From a virus (lineage: Duplodnaviria > Heunggongvirae > Uroviricota > Caudoviricetes): 64,000 nucleotides of DNA. Under the pieces are notes generated by a model. The model ran no database searches. It had not been told where the DNA came from and saw only the letters and a list, made by a program, of their open reading frames with translations. This document shows, in pieces, positions 56,602-64,000 of this stretch. Position numbers and translations under genes: made by a program. The stretch lies in the IMG/VR virus record IMGVR_UViG_2925908680_000001; one strand, written 5' to 3'. Positions within the stretch are counted from its first letter, which is position 1. The number at the start of each line of letters is the position of its first letter.

Positions 56602-59600
56602 ATGGATATCAGCCCGTTAGCGACGTTGAACAATTACCGCAATGGCGAGCACTCCATATGTCAAAAGCCCTGGAAGAAAAATACAAAGCTCAAGCCGGGA
56701 AACGTTGATCGCGCTGGTAAAAGAGAGGTTATTTTGAAAGAGAATAAAGACCGTATCGCAATAATTGACGCTATTCAGGAAGCGAGCACAAACGAACTTA
56801 AAGCTCTTGCTGAGGTAAAAGACGCCATTCTTTCTGGGGCAAGCACCATAACTCAACAGGACGAAAGGCAAGGCAGAGTTAGCAACAGACTATCACGCAG
56901 GCATAAAGAGTACGAGCAAAGTACATCTGATAGCGTTAGAGATGTCCAAACTAACCCATATAAAAAACGTCTCCCTGCTAAAAAGGAAAGGGCACCGATA
57001 AACCAAACCGTGGACCGCGCTATCGTTGCAACGAACACACCAGAAAGTGTTCGCTCCGTGCAATCACGTCAGACCATCCGAAAATCGGAAGGTTTTATAC
57101 CGGTAGCTGCTAATTCAGCCCCTCTTGAACCACAACCCCCCCAAAGTCTAAAAGGCCCGCTGCGGGATAGTAATGGACGTTTTGTATCCCAGAAAAGTAA
57201 TGAGGATGTAGCCAGAAAAAAAGAATTGCAGAACGCACGTAAAGCCGACGCAAAATTACAAGCTGGCTTTCTCAGAAAGCTAGGTTCCATTATGGGGGTA
57301 GATGGCAATCAGTCTTCCAGTGAAGAGTCTTTAACAAATGCAGCTGGTGTCGGTGCTGGTGGGCCGTTATGGATGGCGGCTCGTGGCATGTACGACATAA
57401 CTAAAGAGATCACAGGTAAAGCAGAATCTCTTAAAGAATTGGTAGAAAAGGGGAAAAAAGAAACATCAACCTCGAAAGCGATATCACCAGTAATTACTTA
57501 TCCGGCGGCGGTGAATTCTCAAAAAGCAACATCTGCAAAAGCGTTCAATAACGCTGTTGAGACAAAATCCGCACAAGCAGTAGAAGAGCAAACCAAAATC
57601 CTTCAGACCAATGACAACAAAATAATTGATGGTCTGGAAAATGTTTCTGACGAGATAGTTAAGCTTCGGAAATCAGTGTCTTCTGGAAATAAGTTCGGCT
57701 TAAGTGATCTCTGGAAAAATCGAGCAAGCAGAAGAAATAAAATCAATATTGGTGATCAGACGGGAAAAAATAAACGGAACAAATCGAAAAGGAAAGGACG
57801 CAATCTTGGGAAAAAAGCACTCTCCGCTGGCGAAAAAGTTGCTGCCGGTAGCGCTGCGGCTGGCACTGGTGTCGGAGCAGCAAAAGTAGTTAAAAATAAG
57901 ATCAGCAAACCCAAAGATGTAAGCACTATCAGCGATACATCAAAGGGGATTGCAAAGGAAACAAAAAATACTGCTAAGGCCGTGAAGTCAGCTGGTGTTG
58001 TGGCTGAAGATGCCACCATTAAAACCGGCGAAGCCATTGCAAAGAAAAAAACTGAATCTGTAGCCCTCAAAAGTGCTGCAAAAATAGGTGTTAAATCAGC
58101 AGCATCCACAGCGGCAAGAGCGGTCCCTATCATCGGTTCGCTGGCAATGGCTGGATATGACGCCATAGATGGTTACACAGATACAGAGGCGCAAAAGGCA
58201 GCCTTTGGTTTAAGTGACGATGATGCTGTATCCGAACAGCAAAAAACGGCTTACGCAACAGCTAATGTGCTCGATATGGGGGGCTTGGTGTCGGGCGCAA
58301 CGAACTTGATAGGGAAAGGAATTTCTGCGCTAGGATTTGAAAGAGCAGGTGAAAAACTTCAGAATTTTGATACCGGAGATATTGCTCGTGGTGTTAACGG
58401 CGCGGTAGATATCACCAAATCTGTTTTTGGTAGCCTTAAGGATACATTTTTATCCACTGACGAAAACACGAAACAAGTAAAAAAAGCTGTTGAAGACGGC
58501 ACCAAAAAAACTGTCGATGCGATTCATTCTCTAGGTGAACAATTACAAGGTGGGCGTAATGGCGAGGATGGAGTTGGTGAGCACGGGTATACTTCTCCAA
58601 CTGAATTTAGTGCACCTGCCAACAACACCATTGCAGCGGATCTGAATATTGGCGGCAGCAACGCTAAAAACCGCAATTACCGAAATAATAATCTCGGTAA
58701 TCTTGTTTTTGCCAACCAGGAAGGGGCGACGCTGGAATCGCCAAATGCAAAGGGTGAACAACGTTTTGCGCGATTTAACACACCTGAAGAAGGGATCAGG
58801 GCACTGGCAAACCAGGTTTCCAGCTATTACAACGGCACCAGTGCTGCAGCGGGATATCAGAAGTTACAGACGGTATCCAGCATCATTTCAAAATGGGCAC
58901 CGCCAAATGAGAACAATACTAACCAATATATTGATAACGTCAGTAAATATCTTGGTGTATCGCCTAATGAAAAAATAGATGTCAGCAACCCAGAGGTTAT
59001 GACGCAATTAGTTCGTGCAATTGCGACGAAAGAAGGCGGAAATCCGGCAGTTAATAATGAGTTCATTAAGAATGCACTTGGAGCATTTAACACTAACACT
59101 GGTCGATGGGAGGGACAATTCTCTGACGAAACATTGGCGCGGATTAATAAAATTCAGAAAGAAAATGGTGGTCAGCTAATTGCCCGCGATTCGCAATATA
59201 GTGTTGGTCGCAAGGTAAAATATGCTAATGGAAAATCTCCAGCTCAACCAGTTTTGAATGCCGTTCCGACAGCAACACAACAGCCAATTGAGGTTGCACA
59301 ACATGCCCAGGCAGTCAAAAAGCCACAAAAAACAGGCAATCAATCGCAACCGATTAATCCAGAGATTGTTGATGTTAATACTGGCTCGCCATCAAGTCTG
59401 CTTGAGAGATTAATCGCTATAAATGACAGCGGGGTAGGTAATTTATTTGGAGGTGCGGCTACCAGCCTTGCTGGTACAAGCCTTGGCCTGATTAAGGATT
59501 TTGCGTCGGCGACTTCGTTTGGTTCTATATCTTCGCTTTCCGAAAAAGCGAAAGGAATGGATCAGGCTCTTACTGAAAAGATATCCGGCTTAACCGGTAA

Positions 59601-60537
59601 ATCTTTTGGATTTAAAAAAGCTTCTCAAGTGGCTGATATCGCAACAGCCATACAACAAAAACGCACTGTTAATCACGATACAGAAATCATTGATCTACTT
59701 CCGGGAGATCAAGTATCCCCTTCTACTCCGAAAACTCCACAGCAGGAGCAGGCTCTAGCAATCAGCCAGGCTATGGAGGGCTTTTCGTCTGCAGCGCCAG
59801 CACCGAAAACTCCACAGCAGGAGCAGGCTCTAGCAATCAACCAGGCTATGGCGGGAGCTGCGCCAGTAGTTACCTCTGGAAAACGAACTATCACGGCACC
59901 AAGTGATGTGCAGATTTATGACAACGGCTACAAGGTGGTTACAGGTGAGGATAAGAGCTTCTTTGGTTCGCTATTTGATTCCACGGTGTCAGGGCTTAAA
60001 CAGACAGGAACCGCAGTAATTCCTGCCGTTGGCGATAACCTTTCACGACTTGTTGGGGGGATTGATAGTACAGGGATATTGAACGATCTTGTAATGCAGT
60101 CTACTGGACAGAATAGTGCGATTGCGCGAGCTATTAGCCCATTAACAAGAAATGTTGGAGACTGGCTGAATGGGGGGATTCAACAAACCGCTAATAGCAT
60201 TAGGGGAATAGCAACTGGTGCCAATAACGCCATATTTGGCTCTGCTTCAGCTGTGCAAGAACCTTTTCTTGCTATGCCACCACAGCTTCCTACTGTAACA
60301 GATCTCGCACGAAGCGGAATAAGACAACCATTAACTACTGACACTATAAATAACGATCCTGCTATGTTGAAGGCGCTGGATAACATCTGCTCTATCCTGA
60401 ACGATCTTCTGAATGTGAACAAGAACAATACAAAAGGCGATCCGGATAAGGTTGTCAAAACATCGCAGCCGCAACCGCGACCACGTGCTAGCACAACTAT
60501 TAATGACCCGTCGCTGGATGCTCTGCTTGAGGATTAA
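56602..60537 (+). CDS. Tape-measure / injection protein candidate (Sit-like, 1311 aa)
   Basis: Very large protein preceding baseplate-like genes; low-complexity Ala/Lys-rich regions; internal tandem repeat; true start uncertain. Confidence 0.55.
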   Translation: MDISPLATLNNYRNGEHSICQKPWKKNTKLKPGNVDRAGKREVILKENKDRIAIIDAIQEASTNELKALAEVKDAILSGASTITQQDERQGRVSNRLSRRHKEYEQSTSDSVRDVQTNPYKKRLPAKKERAPINQTVDRAIVATNTPESVRSVQSRQTIRKSEGFIPVAANSAPLEPQPPQSLKGPLRDSNGRFVSQKSNEDVARKKELQNARKADAKLQAGFLRKLGSIMGVDGNQSSSEESLTNAAGVGAGGPLWMAARGMYDITKEITGKAESLKELVEKGKKETSTSKAISPVITYPAAVNSQKATSAKAFNNAVETKSAQAVEEQTKILQTNDNKIIDGLENVSDEIVKLRKSVSSGNKFGLSDLWKNRASRRNKINIGDQTGKNKRNKSKRKGRNLGKKALSAGEKVAAGSAAAGTGVGAAKVVKNKISKPKDVSTISDTSKGIAKETKNTAKAVKSAGVVAEDATIKTGEAIAKKKTESVALKSAAKIGVKSAASTAARAVPIIGSLAMAGYDAIDGYTDTEAQKAAFGLSDDDAVSEQQKTAYATANVLDMGGLVSGATNLIGKGISALGFERAGEKLQNFDTGDIARGVNGAVDITKSVFGSLKDTFLSTDENTKQVKKAVEDGTKKTVDAIHSLGEQLQGGRNGEDGVGEHGYTSPTEFSAPANNTIAADLNIGGSNAKNRNYRNNNLGNLVFANQEGATLESPNAKGEQRFARFNTPEEGIRALANQVSSYYNGTSAAAGYQKLQTVSSIISKWAPPNENNTNQYIDNVSKYLGVSPNEKIDVSNPEVMTQLVRAIATKEGGNPAVNNEFIKNALGAFNTNTGRWEGQFSDETLARINKIQKENGGQLIARDSQYSVGRKVKYANGKSPAQPVLNAVPTATQQPIEVAQHAQAVKKPQKTGNQSQPINPEIVDVNTGSPSSLLERLIAINDSGVGNLFGGAATSLAGTSLGLIKDFASATSFGSISSLSEKAKGMDQALTEKISGLTGKSFGFKKASQVADIATAIQQKRTVNHDTEIIDLLPGDQVSPSTPKTPQQEQALAISQAMEGFSSAAPAPKTPQQEQALAINQAMAGAAPVVTSGKRTITAPSDVQIYDNGYKVVTGEDKSFFGSLFDSTVSGLKQTGTAVIPAVGDNLSRLVGGIDSTGILNDLVMQSTGQNSAIARAISPLTRNVGDWLNGGIQQTANSIRGIATGANNAIFGSASAVQEPFLAMPPQLPTVTDLARSGIRQPLTTDTINNDPAMLKALDNICSILNDLLNVNKNNTKGDPDKVVKTSQPQPRPRASTTINDPSLDALLED
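59728..59877. repeat. 75-bp in-frame tandem duplication inside the tape-measure gene
   Basis: ccgaaaactccacagcaggagcaggctctagcaatca(g/a)ccaggctatgg... repeated; encodes PKTPQQEQALAI(S/N)QAM twice. Confidence 0.8.
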
Positions 60538-60542
60538 TACAG

Positions 60543-60917
60543 ATGCTTTATGAAATAGACGCAAGACTTCAAACGAATGAGAGCGGTGTCATTATTGCAG
60601 AAGGAAGTACCGCAGCATGGATGGCCCGACTTGACGAGTGGTTACGAACCCCTGAAGGGAGTGTTTATGGTTTACCCTCTTGGGGGAATCCAATGGAAGA
60701 ATTTAAGCATGAACCATTCGGCTCTGAAACTTCGCACATAGTTGAAGTGGCTATTGAAGGGAGAATGATGAAAAAACTACGGCAAGACTTGCCAGGTTTG
60801 GATGTGCAGGGGATTCGTTGCACATCAATTTCTGAAGATTCTTTATTAATTAGTTTTTATGCGAAAGGTGGGAGCATGGATATTGTTATGCAGAAATCAA
60901 GTGGGGTGGGCGCGTGA
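60543..60917 (+). CDS. Hypothetical baseplate-module protein
   Basis: ORF track; coupled to the next gene. Confidence 0.45.
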   Translation: MLYEIDARLQTNESGVIIAEGSTAAWMARLDEWLRTPEGSVYGLPSWGNPMEEFKHEPFGSETSHIVEVAIEGRMMKKLRQDLPGLDVQGIRCTSISEDSLLISFYAKGGSMDIVMQKSSGVGA

Positions 60918-62344
60918 CGATTACAGAATTACTGGACAAATTTAACGCTAAGTTAAATGAAAACACATGGTGGTCACGATTTGTAAATAGTCAGTTTGTG
61001 CAGATGCACGCTATATTCGGATCACAGCTTATTTATATTGCCCGTACATTTGCAAGCCGCGGCCTCACTGAGGGACTTATTTCAACGGCTACGCGCCGCT
61101 CAAGTATTTTAGCGGTTGCTGAAGATCGTAGCTACGTAGGGCGATTTGTTAGTGCTTCATACGGAACAACGTCTATAACCAATAAAACTGATCGGGATAT
61201 TACATTACCAGCCGGGGCTGAATTGCTTGCCAATGACCAAACACCTTTGGCAATTATTAACAGTGTTGTAATTCCTGCTGGAGGAACTGTTTCTGGCGTA
61301 GAAACTAAACAGCATGAAGCTGTTAGCGTTACATTTGATATTGAGAAGGAAACTTTATTTCTGACATTGTTGCTTTCCAGAGAGTTAACAAAAGAAGTCT
61401 CTAGCCTGGATGTTTATGTTATTACAGATGGCGTAGAAGAAAAATGGACATATAACCCATTATTTAGAATGTCCAGAGACAAGAGTAAGCACTATTCATT
61501 GGCATATAAACCTACAGAACAACTTGGAGTCAAGTTTGGTGATGGTTCTATGGGTATGATGCCTCCAGCAGGCTGTCAGGTTCGAATCGATGTTATGGCT
61601 AGCCTTGGCGACTATACTTTGGCTGAAGGACAAAAGTTAGAACCGGCTGGAAATATCGCTCAATATGTGGAGTCACTTGAGTTTAAAACTGATTCGATCA
61701 TTACCGGTGGTAGTGGTATGGAAACTACAGAAGAAACTCGAAATCGTGCTCAGTATTATGTTGCATACGATGAACAAGTGGTATGGGGCGGTGATTATCG
61801 CCAATTCATTCAGAATGTTGTTCATGGAACTTCATGGTTGAACGTTTGGGGCGAAGCGTTACAAGAGAAAATAACTGGGTTTGACGTTCGAAACATCAAC
61901 AAAATTTTCTTTTGCGGACATAAGCCGGGTGTAAGCCAGGCTCAGCTAAAATCAGAAATACTGAAAGCTCTAGAGAATGTTCCAAATGAGTTGAACAAGC
62001 GGTTCGAGTATGTAGATACAAATGAACAGCCATTTACTATAAATTTTATAGGTATTGCACGTAAAAATGTTCTGATAGACGATGCTCAAAATGCTATTAA
62101 AGCAGCGTTGGAAGATAATTTTGGCCGTGATTCGTCATCATTCAGTTTATTACTACAGAGTGATGATGATTCCCAGCAATGTTATGCACAGGTAAAAGTT
62201 AAAGATATTTGGCGAGTAATAGAGTCTCTGGATATGTTTCTGTCTTACGACATAACAATACAAAATATGAAAGATGCTGTTTACTTTAATGACTTCATTT
62301 ATCTTGACGTGAAATCTTCAACGTTCAGCATTTCTTACCCGTAA
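60914..62344 (+). CDS. Baseplate protein candidate
   Basis: ORF track; 476 aa; GTG start overlapping upstream stop. Confidence 0.45.
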   Translation: MTITELLDKFNAKLNENTWWSRFVNSQFVQMHAIFGSQLIYIARTFASRGLTEGLISTATRRSSILAVAEDRSYVGRFVSASYGTTSITNKTDRDITLPAGAELLANDQTPLAIINSVVIPAGGTVSGVETKQHEAVSVTFDIEKETLFLTLLLSRELTKEVSSLDVYVITDGVEEKWTYNPLFRMSRDKSKHYSLAYKPTEQLGVKFGDGSMGMMPPAGCQVRIDVMASLGDYTLAEGQKLEPAGNIAQYVESLEFKTDSIITGGSGMETTEETRNRAQYYVAYDEQVVWGGDYRQFIQNVVHGTSWLNVWGEALQEKITGFDVRNINKIFFCGHKPGVSQAQLKSEILKALENVPNELNKRFEYVDTNEQPFTINFIGIARKNVLIDDAQNAIKAALEDNFGRDSSSFSLLLQSDDDSQQCYAQVKVKDIWRVIESLDMFLSYDITIQNMKDAVYFNDFIYLDVKSSTFSISYP

Positions 62345-62354
62345 TGAGGTTAGC

Positions 62355-63200
62355 ATGAAAGATAATTGGCTTAAGGAACGATTAACTAAAGTAAAACAGG
62401 ATTCCCATCTCTGGAGTGCCTTTATAGACGCTTTGCAAGATGTCTGGAATGAGGCAGTAGAACCAATATTAACAAGAATAAGTAACAGAAAATCCTTCTT
62501 CACTATGGACAGTGAGGATATGGATGCCCGCATTGCTGAATACGGGCGTTTTTTCGTTATCACTGAAAAAGATAAGACCCGTAGGCCAATGCTGCTGGCG
62601 CAACGATTAGATGAAGTGCACTTTAAAGGCACTATCTTGCCTATTGAGCAGACATTCTGGCGTGAATTCGGTTGTATTCCTGTTAGTTGGGAACCGCTAT
62701 ATGCACCTGTAAATATAGAAAAACACCCCTATGGTTCATATTTTGCGACAGAAATAGAAATACCTACGGCACAGGCTCAATTCGGTGAGTTCTTCCTGAC
62801 ATCAAGGGGGCTGGTCGTTGTTGATCAGAACAAGCTATATCGCTCATATGGAGAGCAGGATAAAGAAGCCGCTGTGCAGAAATTGTTATCTGACTTCGAA
62901 ACAGTAATAGCCCCTTTGTTGCCATTGCATATTGTTTTTGATGGCGTCTCGTTTCGGCTTAGTGCTGTATTCCCTGAAGTGGCAGAAATACTAAATTGCC
63001 TGTCTACGGATGTTTCGGTAATTGAAGGTGTTTATGTTACTGAGAGTATGGCTGATATGCTATCCCGTAGTGATACCTCCTGCCAGGTAAACAATATTTC
63101 TCTTAACGCCATACCGAACAGAACGGCAGAAAAGCAATTACATCTTGATGTAACCCCACTCGATGCGTGGCCTTTGGATTACCACCTTCAACCTGTTTAA
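62355..63200 (+). CDS. Hypothetical baseplate/tail protein
   Basis: ORF track; followed by hairpin cttccccc-aaatg-cgggggaag. Confidence 0.45.
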   Translation: MKDNWLKERLTKVKQDSHLWSAFIDALQDVWNEAVEPILTRISNRKSFFTMDSEDMDARIAEYGRFFVITEKDKTRRPMLLAQRLDEVHFKGTILPIEQTFWREFGCIPVSWEPLYAPVNIEKHPYGSYFATEIEIPTAQAQFGEFFLTSRGLVVVDQNKLYRSYGEQDKEAAVQKLLSDFETVIAPLLPLHIVFDGVSFRLSAVFPEVAEILNCLSTDVSVIEGVYVTESMADMLSRSDTSCQVNNISLNAIPNRTAEKQLHLDVTPLDAWPLDYHLQPV

Positions 63201-63235
63201 TAATTCTTCCCCCAAATGCGGGGGAAGAACAACGG

Positions 63236-63256
63236 AAATCACAAACTGAGCATACT
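63236..63256 (+). promoter_or_regulatory. Late-promoter-like element aaatcacaaact + tactct
   Basis: Recurring motif upstream of ORF 63295. Confidence 0.4.
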
Positions 63257-63294
63257 CTCCTTTGGTTCATTGCTTATGAAGGGGCTATGTTCGT

Positions 63295-63741
63295 ATGGCT
63301 GAAAATTTAAAGGCAAGAGATGGTAACCGCCTGTATAAGGCGCAATTGCTTTCCTACTATTATTCACGCCGCGCTGAGTCGGCGATCGGCAAAGGTGCGC
63401 GTTTTGTTATCTCTAAGGCGTATTGGTGCAAATCTAGTCTGGTAACTGCTAATGGTGCAGGAGGCTGGAATATAGCGGACATTCCACTCGATTTTAAATT
63501 GAGTAACGCTCAACAGTTTGCTGTGTCCGATCTGATATTGTCCAGTGTGGATGGGATTATCACTATCAATGCAGCCTTCCCTCAAGAAAGAATGCCGGAT
63601 AACACGCCTTACGACTTTAACACGCTTGTGCTTGTTGATGCTGAGGAACAGGCTTTTGCTGTGCTTTGCACCCAGCAAGACACCCTCTATAAAGGTAAAC
63701 GTTACAGTATTCTCATGACAATCGAGCAAGTTGAGGGATGA
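63295..63741 (+). CDS. Hypothetical tail protein
   Basis: ORF track. Confidence 0.45.
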   Translation: MAENLKARDGNRLYKAQLLSYYYSRRAESAIGKGARFVISKAYWCKSSLVTANGAGGWNIADIPLDFKLSNAQQFAVSDLILSSVDGIITINAAFPQERMPDNTPYDFNTLVLVDAEEQAFAVLCTQQDTLYKGKRYSILMTIEQVEG

Positions 63742-63743
63742 TT

Positions 63744-64000
63744 ATGGGTGCTGATAAAACGAACAACATAATGACACTATCCTCTGGTGTCTCACAGCCG
63801 TTGCTTGCTGATGTTCAATATTTCGAACTCTATAGTAGTTCGGCTCTTAACAGAAAACTTAAAAATATTGTTTTGCCGGGCTTTTACTGTGGATTTGAAC
63901 CAGTTCCCGGCACAGGGTTGAGCGTCCGTATAACTTCTGAAAACTCAGAAGGTAAAGGGGCTGCTTCAGTAGATGTAAATAATGTTCAGATATCCGTTCA
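63744..64000 (+). CDS. Structural protein, 5' part only (runs off the window)
   Basis: ATG at 63744 just after the upstream stop; open to the window edge. Confidence 0.4.
   Translation, partial: MGADKTNNIMTLSSGVSQPLLADVQYFELYSSSALNRKLKNIVLPGFYCGFEPVPGTGLSVRITSENSEGKGAASVDVNNVQISV

Noticed and set aside
1-64000. Chromosomal integration signature (integrase plus att site) or IS/transposon boundaries
   Set aside because: The only recombinase is the Cre-family dre with rox (plasmid dimer resolution or cyclisation). With repA and two par systems the element looks extrachromosomal. No terminal inverted repeats or transposase ORFs were seen.

Overview
This window looks like part of a P1-like plasmid-prophage (phage-plasmid), most likely phage D6 or a close relative, because it carries a Cre-family recombinase next to a site that matches the rox sequence of the Dre/rox system as I recall it. 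All calls are from reading the sequence and the ORF track by eye; no searches or computations were run. Main contents, left to right: a cluster of five tRNA genes interspersed with inverted-repeat elements; terminase pacA/pacB; an orphan 345-aa reverse-strand gene in the position of the P1 immC repressor; rox-dre; dUTPase and two DUF2829-like (possibly Tad2-like) proteins; humD-phd-doc with a LexA box; an ~11 kb reverse-strand operon of small early/accessory genes (Ea22-like, Ser/Thr phosphatase, ClpX-zinc-finger protein, DUF4406); ref-like HNH; two paralogous icd-ant immunity modules; a moron island with secreted proteins and higBA; baseplate/spike genes; rdgC, a methyltransferase pair, a near-host-identical glnS, and two partition systems (ParA/RHH and ParMRC); PAAR, spanins, head/sheath/tube candidates; an iteron-flanked repA replicon; and tape-measure and baseplate genes. 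No CRISPR array, IS element or chromosomal attachment site was seen. The most unusual items are the captured glnS, the orphan gene between pacB and rox, a dispersed operator-like motif, the DUF2829 pair and the duplicated immunity modules.
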